Below are positions 28,571-38,505 of a stretch of 64,000 bases of DNA, piece by piece (the first letter of the stretch is position 1; every line of letters starts with the position of its first letter). The position numbers and the translations under genes were made by a program. The stretch is taken from the IMG/VR virus record IMGVR_UViG_3300030202_001434, positions 1,233 to 65,232 of that record, one strand, 5' to 3'. Source of the DNA: a virus. Taxonomy: Duplodnaviria; Caudoviricetes. The notes beneath the pieces are model-generated. The model was not told the DNA's origin and made no database searches. It saw only the letters and a program-made list of their open reading frames with translations.

Positions 28571-29566
28571 TTACGTTTGTATTTGGTTATTTTCTACTTC
28601 TTCTTGTTTTCCAAACTGATACAAATCACCTTCTCTAATTTCTATACCTATGTATTGACAAATCTTTGCTACAATACCAGGTTCGTCAGACAAGGGTAAT
28701 TCAAAGTCTTGGTAATCTGCTTGATTTATATCAAACAAAGGTTCTCCCGAAGCAAGTGTTTGATACGTCCATTTTGGTGGTAATGGATAACGAACATATT
28801 CTGCTGTTACACTACCGTTAGTTGTTATAGTTATAGGATACACTGTTATTGTATTTCCTAATTGTCCTGTATTAGAATCACCTATTACAGATGAGGTTGC
28901 TCCTCCCAGCACATACGCAGGAAATCCTGTAGATGGTGCTGTTAATGGTGAGTTGTTTAAATAAAATATCTTATTCTGATTAACTCTTTCTACTTCTACA
29001 ATACCACTTGTAGAAAATATTCCATAAGTATTACCAATAGTTGCAGCTACACCAAATGGTGAGTAAGATAATGTTAATTGAGTTTGACTATCAACACTTA
29101 CTACAAAACCACTGAAGCCTGAGTAACTTGATGTAGAAGATGTGTTAACTACTTGTTGACCAACTTTAACACCGCTTGTTACGAACGTAGCGTTCGCATC
29201 AGTTAAAGTGTTTAAACCAGCTGCTGTGCTAGTTCCAGATGTAATTTGTGTTGGATAATAGTTTACTTTATTTATTAAATAATAATCACTTGGTAATTTA
29301 AATAAATTATTACCTTGTTGAGCTAAACTTCTTGTAACAGAAAAACTATCCATTACTTCTACTAAACCTTTTACTATATCAGCATATCCAGTTCCAGATA
29401 GTCTTTGGTTTTCTTTATTAGTCCAAGCATTATATTGATAAAAATAATCTTCAAACAAATCCATTTGAGCTTGTTGAGCGTACAAATTAAAATCTTGCGG
29501 AGATATATATCCGTAATTATTTTTATTAGCTATAGCTAGGACAGTATTTCTAACAGAGTTAATCAT
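28571..29566 (-). CDS. tail tubular/ring protein
   Basis: NKNNYGYISPQDFNLYA, LPSDYY, YVRYPLPPKW, DFELP. Confidence 0.65.
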   Translation of the reverse strand: MINSVRNTVLAIANKNNYGYISPQDFNLYAQQAQMDLFEDYFYQYNAWTNKENQRLSGTGYADIVKGLVEVMDSFSVTRSLAQQGNNLFKLPSDYYLINKVNYYPTQITSGTSTAAGLNTLTDANATFVTSGVKVGQQVVNTSSTSSYSGFSGFVVSVDSQTQLTLSYSPFGVAATIGNTYGIFSTSGIVEVERVNQNKIFYLNNSPLTAPSTGFPAYVLGGATSSVIGDSNTGQLGNTITVYPITITTNGSVTAEYVRYPLPPKWTYQTLASGEPLFDINQADYQDFELPLSDEPGIVAKICQYIGIEIREGDLYQFGKQEEVENNQIQT

Positions 29567-29581
29567 GTCGAATTCTTTTTA

Positions 29582-29589
29582 CAAATATA
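29582..29589 (-). promoter_or_regulatory. Bacteroidota -7 promoter element TATATTTG
   Basis: Upstream of ATG 29566, immediately after a terminator. Confidence 0.65.
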
Positions 29590-29592
29590 GGC

Positions 29593-29629
29593 AAAAAAAA
29601 AGAGGCTTAAATTTTTAAGCCCCCTCTTT
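29593..29629 (-). terminator. intrinsic terminator
   Basis: AAAAGAGG-CTTAAA/TTTAAG-CC-CCTCTTTT hairpin with U9 on the - strand. Confidence 0.7.
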
Positions 29630-29647
29630 AACTAACAATTATAACTA

Positions 29648-30031
29648 TCAAGCGAATGATTCAACGATAGCTGTAATTTTAACTGGTACAGAAGATCCGT
29701 CACCGTTTGGATATCCAGATCCATTAGGCTTGTAAACAGGATGTTGCCAAGATAATTGTAATGCGTGCTCAATAGAGTCTTGAATAAAGTCTCTAAACAC
29801 AGTAGTGTCAGCACCAATAGCACCATGAGTAATAGTGATCTTGTGTTGGTAAGTTACATTAGCAACTGAGTCTCCAGTTGTAATTGTAGAAGTAGCGCTA
29901 AAATCACTGTATCCGATTACAGTTGAAGTTGTGCTAGCTTGTACTACACTAGAAATCCCTTTTACAGGAACCAGTCTATAACCCTGATCTTTGTCAGTGT
30001 CAGTTACATAAAGGCTTAAAAATTTTTCCAT
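29648..30031 (-). CDS. hypothetical, probably virion-associated protein
   Basis: ORF-track 29648..30064; start moved to ATG (MEKFLS) downstream of the promoter element. Confidence 0.65.
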   Translation of the reverse strand: MEKFLSLYVTDTDKDQGYRLVPVKGISSVVQASTTSTVIGYSDFSATSTITTGDSVANVTYQHKITITHGAIGADTTVFRDFIQDSIEHALQLSWQHPVYKPNGSGYPNGDGSSVPVKITAIVESFA

Positions 30032-30061
30032 AAGTAAAAATGTTAATGGGTTAATAAAGTA

Positions 30062-30069
30062 CAAAGATA
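30062..30069 (-). promoter_or_regulatory. Bacteroidota -7 promoter element TATCTTTG
   Basis: Intergenic TAnnTTTG. Confidence 0.6.
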
Positions 30070-30075
30070 CTCTTA

Positions 30076-30831
30076 TTATTTATCTTTTTTTAAGCGCTTC
30101 TTTAAATACTTATATGCATCTAAACCATCGTTACTTTGTAAGAATGCTCCAATCGCATCATATGGATCTTCGTTAAAAGGAACTGTCATCATTTTCTTTT
30201 TGTTTCCTGGCAAGTTGTAATATACATCTCTTCTGTTGTTTCTAAAAGATAACCAGTTGTTATCAATAAACAAATGAACTTCGTTTTGTAATTCTAACAA
30301 CGGATCGTTTACAACATCAATTAATTCTCCAGGATTATTTTTAGCAAATATTAATATATCTCTTTTTAATTCTGGTATGGTCATATTATCTACGGAAGCT
30401 CCCATAAGAACTCTACATACAGATAATAATTTTTCTGTTGATAGGTTTTTAGCTAAAACCTGAGCATCTATTGTTAATTCTACTGTAGCTAATTCTTCTG
30501 CTGCATCTTTTGCGTTGTCAACTTCTTCAAACACCATTCCGTTGCCTGGATGGTAATGTAAGAATTGTTGTAAAACTTGGTTTTCTCTTTGAACAACTAA
30601 CATACCGTCTTCAAATACAATAGGTTCTAAAATAGCATTACCATCTTGCTCATCTTCAAATGGGCTTTTTTGGTTTCGTGCATATCTTAGAGGTCTATTT
30701 ACACCTTGCTCTTCGTCAAAGTATAATAAAGGAGATCTGTTTGAGTGTCTTGAGGATAACATATAAGCTAAAGGTCTTTCAGTTCTTTTTAGTCTATATG
30801 CTTTTGTTTTGAGGGTTGTAGTATTTTTCAT
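30076..30831 (-). CDS. hypothetical protein downstream of major capsid protein
   Basis: 251-aa ORF (RPLRYARNQKSPFEDEQ). Confidence 0.7.
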   Translation of the reverse strand: MKNTTTLKTKAYRLKRTERPLAYMLSSRHSNRSPLLYFDEEQGVNRPLRYARNQKSPFEDEQDGNAILEPIVFEDGMLVVQRENQVLQQFLHYHPGNGMVFEEVDNAKDAAEELATVELTIDAQVLAKNLSTEKLLSVCRVLMGASVDNMTIPELKRDILIFAKNNPGELIDVVNDPLLELQNEVHLFIDNNWLSFRNNRRDVYYNLPGNKKKMMTVPFNEDPYDAIGAFLQSNDGLDAYKYLKKRLKKDK

Positions 30832-30868
30832 TATAATATAATTTAATTTGATTTAATAAAAATAAATC

Positions 30869-30892
30869 TTACCCCCGCAAGTGCGAGGGTAA
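30869..30892 (-). terminator. hairpin after major capsid gene (terminator or stabiliser)
   Basis: TTACCC-C-CGC-AAGT-GCG-A-GGGTAA. Confidence 0.5.
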
Positions 30893-30907
30893 AACTTATA
30901 TAACAAT

Positions 30908-32356
30908 TTAGTCTTGGAATAAGAAGAAGTTGTTTGCACCTAAAGTACATACAGCTCTTTCAGATAGGAAGTTTACTTCCATTGCATCCAAGTCAGAAGT
31001 TCTTGCTCCACCAGCTGAACCAGTGATCCAAGTTTTGTATCTTCTGTCTTCAGTTTCTGAAGCTCTATATCTAACATGTAAGAAAGGTCTCTTAGCGTTC
31101 TTACCTAAGATTTGATCGTATACAGTAGTTGAACCAGCTGGTACTAATAAACCGTTGATTGCTCCACCAACAACGTCACCTCTCATTGTAGGATCGTTAA
31201 GGTATTTCCAGTCAGACTTATAGAAGTCATAACCTCTTCTAAATCCTGTAAATCCAAGATTTAAAGCCATGTCTTTGTCATTGTCAAAAAGACCATATGA
31301 TGTACCTCCAGCTCCGTAAGAGTTTTGAGATGCTAACATATCATCAATATCAAAAGAGAATTCTCTGTTTACGAAAATTACATTTTCTTCAATTGATCCT
31401 TGTTTATCTAGTCTTTGAATAATGCTATCAAACTGAGCAAGTGTTTGTGGGTTTCCACCACCCCAAACATTTCCTCTGTTTCCTACTACATAGAATACTC
31501 CATCAGAACCGTTAAGGTTTGCTAAAGATGCACCAGCACCAGATCCTTGTAAAAAGTCTCCAGCACCAGATCCAGCGTCAGCAGGAACTGCTTCTAGCAT
31601 TGCTGTTTCTAAGTAGTCTTCGAATCTTAATCTAGTGTCATGCTCAGACTTTAAATACCATAGGTATCCGCTTACGCCATCTTCACCTGAAACTTCGATC
31701 CAACCGATTTGAGCCATATCAGAACCAGAAACAGAATATTTGTCTTTGATAATAATTGGCTTGTTGTCGAAAATTAAGTCATCAGATTCATTAGAACCAA
31801 CCATTCCGTTTGTTCCTTTATTGAATTCTGATCCATATATAAATATATCACATGCTACACCTGCTGCTACAGCTTGTCCTCCAGCTTCATAGTAAGCTAT
31901 AGTTACTTGTTGAGCTCCACCTGCTGTAGACGCTAAAGTAACAATACCTTTGTTAGATAAGTTAGAACCAGGAGTTTTGTCACTGATCATAACTGTTTGT
32001 CCAACTCTTAAAGCTGATGTGTTTTGCGATCCTAATGCAGGGTTAAAGTTAGAATTTGGAATAGTCCAAACTCCAGTTGCCGCTGCTGCCGCACCTGCTG
32101 AAGTACATCCTGTGTACTTAACATGTAATCTTCCTTGCTCTGCCCATTTAATAAGGTCAGAGTTAGAAGGCATTTCTGCACCTACCATTCTAAGGAAAGA
32201 TGCGATTGATCTGTTACCATATCTTTCGAATTCTTTTTCATAAGTATCAGGTAGATACTGATTTAAGAAATCGAAATTATTGATGTAGTTTGTACTTACA
32301 GGCACTTGTTGTGCGCTTGGTTGTAAGTCAAAACCAGGGGTTAAATTTACTGCCAT
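30908..32356 (-). CDS. major capsid protein
   Basis: 482 aa after portal and scaffold; biased codon usage; QYLPDTYEKEFERYGNR, IKWAEQGRLH, FLSERAVCTLGANNF. Confidence 0.8.
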   Translation of the reverse strand: MAVNLTPGFDLQPSAQQVPVSTNYINNFDFLNQYLPDTYEKEFERYGNRSIASFLRMVGAEMPSNSDLIKWAEQGRLHVKYTGCTSAGAAAAATGVWTIPNSNFNPALGSQNTSALRVGQTVMISDKTPGSNLSNKGIVTLASTAGGAQQVTIAYYEAGGQAVAAGVACDIFIYGSEFNKGTNGMVGSNESDDLIFDNKPIIIKDKYSVSGSDMAQIGWIEVSGEDGVSGYLWYLKSEHDTRLRFEDYLETAMLEAVPADAGSGAGDFLQGSGAGASLANLNGSDGVFYVVGNRGNVWGGGNPQTLAQFDSIIQRLDKQGSIEENVIFVNREFSFDIDDMLASQNSYGAGGTSYGLFDNDKDMALNLGFTGFRRGYDFYKSDWKYLNDPTMRGDVVGGAINGLLVPAGSTTVYDQILGKNAKRPFLHVRYRASETEDRRYKTWITGSAGGARTSDLDAMEVNFLSERAVCTLGANNFFLFQD

Positions 32357-32375
32357 TTTTTTTCAATTTTTTTGT

Positions 32376-33518
32376 TTAACTTTTTTTAATACTTCTAATT
32401 CTGAGTCCTCTTCCACTATCAACTTTTCCTACGGGCCTTATTTTCATACCGTTTTTTGTAACGGCTTGAGGAGCCTGTCTCATTTCCATATTAATGTTTT
32501 TAGATTTTCTAGTAACATTATCTACAGCGCTTGAAACACCTTGTTCATAAAAAAACTGAGCAAATTTCTCTGGGTTCATTGCAACAGACAAAGCTTTGTG
32601 ATATCCCTGTGCGTCTGCAATTAAACCTTTATCATCCATGTACTTATTAATAAAATTACCAATGTCTTTTTGTACATTTTTAATTTCTTCAGCAGTACCT
32701 GGCTTGTAAGTAAAATTATTTTCACCAACTTTGAAATCAAAACCTTTGAATTCATTGTTAAAAACCTCATTGGTTTTATTTAAGAAATAATCATACCTCT
32801 TGTCGTTTTGCTCTTTGATAGATTTAGATTCATCAAGATAACTTTGATAAGCATTTAAATTTTCTTTTTGATCAGCAGACAACCCATCCCCACTTGACTC
32901 AAGAGGAACTTTATATTTATCTTTTTGTTCATTCAAAAACTTTTTAGCTTTCGCAAGTTCTCGTTTTTTTGCTAGTTTGATTTTCTTAATATCCTTAGGA
33001 TCATCAACTTCTTCATCAAAATCAAATTTATCTTCAATAATATCTTGAATATCTATTGCGTCTAAACCTTCTTCTGTTGCAGAATAATAACTAGCGAGTA
33101 CAGAGTTGTCGTCCATAGAATCATAATCTCTTTGTAAATTATAGAAATCTTTAATTCCACGCCCGGTTTCCTTTTTGTACTCTAAATACTTAGATACGTC
33201 TTCCGGCAACGGTTCGTTTGCCTCTTTTTCCGCAAACAGTTCATCCACCGATTTTATATCCTTGTTATATCTATCTTTAATATAAGAAAGAACGTTGTCA
33301 TCATTTAACTCTAATGACGGAGTTTTATCTTCAACAGCTGGTTCACTTTTTTCAAGCTCAACAGCTGGAGTTTCTTCTTTTACCTCAACCTTTTCCGGTG
33401 CATCTTCTTTTGCTGGTTGATCTTCAAACTTTTCTTCATGCTTTTTTAGAAGTTGCTCTTCTATTTCAGCTGTGGATTTTTCTTCGACTAATCCTAAGTC
33501 TTTTACTTTTATTTCCAT
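32376..33518 (-). CDS. putative capsid scaffolding protein
   Basis: Acidic helical protein between portal and capsid genes. Confidence 0.65.
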   Translation of the reverse strand: MEIKVKDLGLVEEKSTAEIEEQLLKKHEEKFEDQPAKEDAPEKVEVKEETPAVELEKSEPAVEDKTPSLELNDDNVLSYIKDRYNKDIKSVDELFAEKEANEPLPEDVSKYLEYKKETGRGIKDFYNLQRDYDSMDDNSVLASYYSATEEGLDAIDIQDIIEDKFDFDEEVDDPKDIKKIKLAKKRELAKAKKFLNEQKDKYKVPLESSGDGLSADQKENLNAYQSYLDESKSIKEQNDKRYDYFLNKTNEVFNNEFKGFDFKVGENNFTYKPGTAEEIKNVQKDIGNFINKYMDDKGLIADAQGYHKALSVAMNPEKFAQFFYEQGVSSAVDNVTRKSKNINMEMRQAPQAVTKNGMKIRPVGKVDSGRGLRIRSIKKS

Positions 33519-33533
33519 TTAATTAAATTTTTA

Positions 33534-33541
33534 CAAAGTTA
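33534..33541 (-). promoter_or_regulatory. Bacteroidota -7 promoter element TAACTTTG
   Basis: Intergenic, upstream of the scaffold/capsid genes. Confidence 0.65.
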
Positions 33542-33567
33542 AACAATATTTAGATTAATTTTTTAGC

Positions 33568-36003
33568 TTATCTTGGCTCAAACTCTGCTAGATCAAAACC
33601 ATCTAGACTGTCTTCGTTTGATTCGAAATTAATAGGAGGTAAGTTGTTTTTCCTCTGTTCTATTAATTTAGACTGCTCAGTAGACTGTTGGCTAATTCTT
33701 CTGTCTTTCGCTTTTTCTCTTTGATCTTCTCTTTCTTGTAAGCCTGCTTGCTCCACACCTTTCAGCTGCATTTGGAATTCAAACTCCGTTTGCATAAGTT
33801 GTCGTTTAAGTTCAGCTTCATTTTTAAGTTTTTCAATTTCAAAAGCCACATCAGCTTGTCTATACTGAATCTTAGCCTGAGACTCCATTTGTATTTTTTG
33901 CATCTCACCTTGAGCCTTAGCTTGTTGTGCTTGCATTTGCATTTGAGCTTGCATTTGCTGCTCTTGTTGTCTTTGCTGTTGTTCAGCTTCTTGTTTCTTC
34001 TTACGTTTTAATTTAAGAAGTTGATTTGCCATTTTAAGATTATTAAGCTCTCTGATATCAATAGCATCTTCTAAACTTATATCTTTTTGAGATAACGCCA
34101 TTTGAATGTTTTGTTCAAGCATTGCCTTCTCTTCTTCGTCTGGAGCCATCTCTATAAAAATACCAAAGTCATACATATATAAATCTTTGATGTCTTCTAA
34201 TATTTTTAAATTATACTTACCTATCTGCATAGCGAATTCATCTTTAAAATCAGCATATTGTAAAATATCAGCAGTTCTAATTGATAAACATTCTGCAATA
34301 GTTCTAGTTATATATAAACTTCCTTGAAGAATATGTCTCGTAGCTGTGTTTGAATTTAATGCAGCTAATTTCTGTACACCAACTAATGAATTAGGATCTG
34401 GAGTTGAACCATCTCTAGCTTCGTTGAGTCCAGTCACTGCTCTAATCATATCTAAGTAATGATTGTAATTAGCAATAAGCATTTGCATTTTACTAGCTCC
34501 ACTATTTGAGGTTAGTTGCTGTATTGGAACTCTAGCGTTGTTAAACTCTCCATCCTGTGTGTAACTTCTCCCTACAACGCTACCTGTTTGAAAATATAAT
34601 CGTAATGCGTCTTCTGGATTGTAAGCATTTCCAGTTCCTAGATCCACTTCATTTAATCCGTCAGCATCTATAAACACACCGTCTGGAACAACTCTTGATA
34701 CTACTTGCTGAATTTTTAAATGAGTCATTTGTATTAAATCAGCAAAAGGAATCATTCTTCTTACTAGAGATTCTAAACCACCTTTGTACATTCTTGGAGC
34801 AGCTGCTACATAATTAGGCATAGCAAACTGATTAGAAGATTTAGGTCTAACCATATTTTCAGACAACTCCCATTTTAATAAAATGTTAGTTCCCATAACC
34901 ATCACACCATCATACCATACATCAATCTTTTTTTCCACTCTTTCAAAATTTCCTTCTTCCATCATTTCAGCTGGTGGATTAAACTGATCATCTTTCTCTA
35001 CAGTTTTATATGTGCCGTCAGCTAGTCTTTTTCTTTTATAAACAAAGGAGTGTGTTGTTTTGTAGTTAAAATATAATAATGTTGCAGTGTCTCTGTAAAA
35101 CATACTGTTTTCGTAAAACTGCGATGTGTTAAAATAATTATACCATGATTGACTGTATTTTGCTATTTGATTTAAATCCTCATTTGTTAATGAAGGATCT
35201 ATTTTTACAAGCTCAGTCATAGGTACAGTTTTAATCTCGCCCCAATAAAAACAATCTTTAAAATATGGATCTTCAGTATAGCTATATACTACATTAGCAG
35301 GATCTACATAATCTAGTTTTACTCCTGCTCCTTTCAAAAACTCATGTTTAGTTATACCAATACCTATAGTAGCTAAATCATAATCTACTCTGCTTCTAAT
35401 ATCATTATAATGATTTTCAGCCATCAAAGTATTGATAGCTTCTTCTTCTGCAATTTCGATAGCAGGCTTATATTTCATATTCATGAACAATTCCATTTCT
35501 TCATCGCTTTCAGGAAGCTCATCTTCATTTGTTTGAAATACATTAATACCAAAGTCAGTTTCTATTTGTTGAAATAAAGGTTTTGCTAAAACTTCACCCT
35601 CGATCATTTCTTGAAACTCATTTCGTTTTTCAGCCGATAATGCATCTTCTGCATAGGCTTTAACTTTAAAAAGTCTGTCAGACATTCCGTTTACCACAAT
35701 GTCTACAAACTTTGGTATTATTGGTACTGGTGACCAGTCAAGATTAAGATAACTTAAATCGCCATCTATTGCTAATTCATTTTTGTATTTTGCTACCGAT
35801 TGCTCTCCTCTTGCATACAAACGTAGCTTCATGAACTCATTCCATTGATTATAAAATCTACAGGAACCATTGTCTCTTCTGAACCATTCGTATTGTATTG
35901 CTTGACCTATCTGCAAACCATACTCCATGGTATCTTTAGTGGAGTCAGAAACAAATTGATCTGGAAATGCAGCAGCCTGTATATCTATTGTTACTTCTTT
36001 CAT
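33568..36003 (-). CDS. portal protein
   Basis: 811 aa following terminase; PVPIIPKFVDIVVNG, TGLNEARDG; Gln-rich coiled-coil C-terminus. Confidence 0.8.
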   Translation of the reverse strand: MKEVTIDIQAAAFPDQFVSDSTKDTMEYGLQIGQAIQYEWFRRDNGSCRFYNQWNEFMKLRLYARGEQSVAKYKNELAIDGDLSYLNLDWSPVPIIPKFVDIVVNGMSDRLFKVKAYAEDALSAEKRNEFQEMIEGEVLAKPLFQQIETDFGINVFQTNEDELPESDEEMELFMNMKYKPAIEIAEEEAINTLMAENHYNDIRSRVDYDLATIGIGITKHEFLKGAGVKLDYVDPANVVYSYTEDPYFKDCFYWGEIKTVPMTELVKIDPSLTNEDLNQIAKYSQSWYNYFNTSQFYENSMFYRDTATLLYFNYKTTHSFVYKRKRLADGTYKTVEKDDQFNPPAEMMEEGNFERVEKKIDVWYDGVMVMGTNILLKWELSENMVRPKSSNQFAMPNYVAAAPRMYKGGLESLVRRMIPFADLIQMTHLKIQQVVSRVVPDGVFIDADGLNEVDLGTGNAYNPEDALRLYFQTGSVVGRSYTQDGEFNNARVPIQQLTSNSGASKMQMLIANYNHYLDMIRAVTGLNEARDGSTPDPNSLVGVQKLAALNSNTATRHILQGSLYITRTIAECLSIRTADILQYADFKDEFAMQIGKYNLKILEDIKDLYMYDFGIFIEMAPDEEEKAMLEQNIQMALSQKDISLEDAIDIRELNNLKMANQLLKLKRKKKQEAEQQQRQQEQQMQAQMQMQAQQAKAQGEMQKIQMESQAKIQYRQADVAFEIEKLKNEAELKRQLMQTEFEFQMQLKGVEQAGLQEREDQREKAKDRRISQQSTEQSKLIEQRKNNLPPINFESNEDSLDGFDLAEFEPR

Positions 36004-38249
36004 TTATTAAGTAATTGACTTACTGAGTTCTTATTATTATATCTTGCAAAGTTAATGCTTATTTTTGATTGTTTTCTGACGGGAGTGTATAGGTGTTTTT
36101 GATTTGCCATAATTGCTAACCCAGAGCTAATCGCAGCATCAAACTTTGTTCTGTTTGATATATCAAATTTTGCCCAATCTTCTAGTGTTCTTTGAAAATA
36201 CATACTACCTATATCGTCTTTTTCTCTATAACTACCATCAAAATCTAATCCCACATATTTTTCAATATACGACTCAATAGCTGAGGCGTGTGATTGTTTA
36301 ACATCTTCAGAGGTGTTAGGAATACCCCCTAACTCTCTTTCGGTCTTAGATAACTTATTATAAGTTTTATCTGGTCTATTTAAACAAAAGCCTCGGTATC
36401 CTCTATTTTTAAAATGATACAATAAACGAGGTTTATTATTTTCACATAATATTGGCATGCCATAAAAAACACAAGCCATTAAAACTTCTTCAAAAAATAT
36501 CTCCGCAGTTTGTGGTCTCGCTATATATTCTAAAAAAAACTCGTTACTGGGTGCGTCATCCATGTTGAATTTTGTCATCCCATGTAAAGCTCCATTAGAT
36601 CCTTTCCCCACAACTACTCCTGAAATATCATACGAGTCACAACCAAATGAACCGATGTGTTCGTTTCCAGGATACATTCTTCCGTTCTTTACAACTACGT
36701 TATTTTGCAAAGAAGCTTTAGGGATGTAAGTTACGAAAAATCTTCCTCTTTTATTTGGGCTCCAAATAACCTTAGAATCCTTTATACCATTTTGCCAATG
36801 GAAAGAACCTTGAGTTACATAGTGCGCTAAATTTACTGAATCATTATAATCTATTTGTTGATATATTTTAGTTAAATTAAATAACGATTGTTTGCTTTCA
36901 TCTCTAAACGCATGTGACTCAGTTCTAGGAAACTGTCTGTAAAATTCATTTAATGCGTCTGGATCCGAAGCTAATGACTCTACTTCATTTTCCCAATAGT
37001 CCACCGCTCCTTGTGTAATTGGCTCGTTGTCAATACCTTTGATAGGTGTTGTTGGATTTTTAAATACAGGCATCCCATACTTGTCAATAAAACCCTCCAT
37101 ATTCCATTCCATAGGAATAAACAAATTATATAAACCACTTTTTGTTTGTCCGTTAGAGTTTCTGTTTCTACAATCAGACGACTCATATAAATCTTTAAAA
37201 TTTCTACCACCTTTATCTAATGCGTTTGATGTAGATCCCATCATACATTTACCTATGATTTTACTACCTAGTCTTAAACATGTCTTTGTAACACGCCAGT
37301 TGTTTAAAATGTTTTCTGGCCGCTCCCATTTACCACTTTCATCATGTAGTAATAATTGAAGCTTTTCACCATCATAACTGTTGTCTGAAGTATTTTTCCA
37401 GTCAATAGTTGTGTCTAAACCTTCTAACTCTTCTTCGCTCACTGTGTACATATTCTTCTTAGTAATTTTAGAAGCAGGTACACGATATGCTAATTCAGTT
37501 TTAGGTTTATCCATACCATCTTGTATGGGTTTAAAAAAGAAAGGATAGTTGTTTGAAATAGGCACTATCTTATCTGTAAACATTTTTTTTGCATCCGCAC
37601 CAGTCTTAGATAATATACCAATTCTAGAATCTTTAGTTATTGTAGCAGTGTTAACACCTTCGCACGAGCTCATAAATGAAAAACCTGAACGTCTTATTTT
37701 TAAATAACACATTCCAAAACTTCTTTTATCAGCTTTACACGCTTCCCAATAAATATAAAATAAACGATTCGCTTCTCTAAAGTCAGGATGGCCAACATCA
37801 ATCTTAGTCCATTGTAAATACATATAATGTGTTCCGGTTATATAAGTAGGAACACCTTTGTTCATAAACCAGAAACCTTCATCTCTTCTATCAAACTCTT
37901 GCTCGATATAATCTACCCATTTGTTTTTAAACTGAGACGGAGCTTCATGCCACTGAAATATTGACTGTATTCTTTTTAATTCTTTACTAATCTCTTGAGC
38001 TTCCCAATACTGATCTTCTTTCTTTTTTGATCTTGAATAAATTTTAGTAGGTGGTTTAGGTAATGCAATATGTAGGCCATTTATATCAATCACTTGATCT
38101 ATTTGTCCAGATTTTGATATTACAACAAAATTATATTTTTCGTTGTAACCATACTGCCATGTGCGCGCTTTATTCTTAGTAGATAAAACATTTTTAGGAA
38201 CTACCTTGGTTAATGTAGTATATAAGTTATTTAGATCTTGATTCTGCAA
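36000..38249 (-). CDS. terL: terminase large subunit
   Basis: LKIRRSGFS (Walker A-like), LLLHDESGKW (Walker B), MMGST, FGCDSYD nuclease motif. Confidence 0.85.
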   Translation of the reverse strand: MQNQDLNNLYTTLTKVVPKNVLSTKNKARTWQYGYNEKYNFVVISKSGQIDQVIDINGLHIALPKPPTKIYSRSKKKEDQYWEAQEISKELKRIQSIFQWHEAPSQFKNKWVDYIEQEFDRRDEGFWFMNKGVPTYITGTHYMYLQWTKIDVGHPDFREANRLFYIYWEACKADKRSFGMCYLKIRRSGFSFMSSCEGVNTATITKDSRIGILSKTGADAKKMFTDKIVPISNNYPFFFKPIQDGMDKPKTELAYRVPASKITKKNMYTVSEEELEGLDTTIDWKNTSDNSYDGEKLQLLLHDESGKWERPENILNNWRVTKTCLRLGSKIIGKCMMGSTSNALDKGGRNFKDLYESSDCRNRNSNGQTKSGLYNLFIPMEWNMEGFIDKYGMPVFKNPTTPIKGIDNEPITQGAVDYWENEVESLASDPDALNEFYRQFPRTESHAFRDESKQSLFNLTKIYQQIDYNDSVNLAHYVTQGSFHWQNGIKDSKVIWSPNKRGRFFVTYIPKASLQNNVVVKNGRMYPGNEHIGSFGCDSYDISGVVVGKGSNGALHGMTKFNMDDAPSNEFFLEYIARPQTAEIFFEEVLMACVFYGMPILCENNKPRLLYHFKNRGYRGFCLNRPDKTYNKLSKTERELGGIPNTSEDVKQSHASAIESYIEKYVGLDFDGSYREKDDIGSMYFQRTLEDWAKFDISNRTKFDAAISSGLAIMANQKHLYTPVRKQSKISINFARYNNKNSVSQLLNK

Positions 38250-38505
38250 ATCCTTTAGGTGTATTATTTTTATTTACATCTATACCCTCTAGTAATTGCT
38301 TTTCGTCCTCTATACGTTTTAAGATTTCAAAAGCATCAAAGATGGCTAGTTTTTTTGTTGCTGCTGCGTTTTTTAATCTATCAGCTGCTAGTTCATCATC
38401 TTTATCATATTTGATAATATCTTCTTTCGCTACTTTGATTAGTTGTAAAACTGCTTTTTCACCAGCCTTTATGATTTGTTCTTTGATTTCTTTTGTCTTC
38501 ATCAC
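38227..38505 (-). CDS. hypothetical protein, candidate terminase small subunit
   Basis: Small helical protein overlapping terL start. Confidence 0.45.
   Translation of the reverse strand: MMKTKEIKEQIIKAGEKAVLQLIKVAKEDIIKYDKDDELAADRLKNAAATKKLAIFDAFEILKRIEDEKQLLEGIDVNKNNTPKGFAESRSK

Noticed and set aside
37582-37592. Other in-frame A/T homopolymer slippery heptamers (terL, ~8701, ~18890)
   Set aside because: Expected by chance in an AT-rich genome, and no convincing downstream structure was seen.
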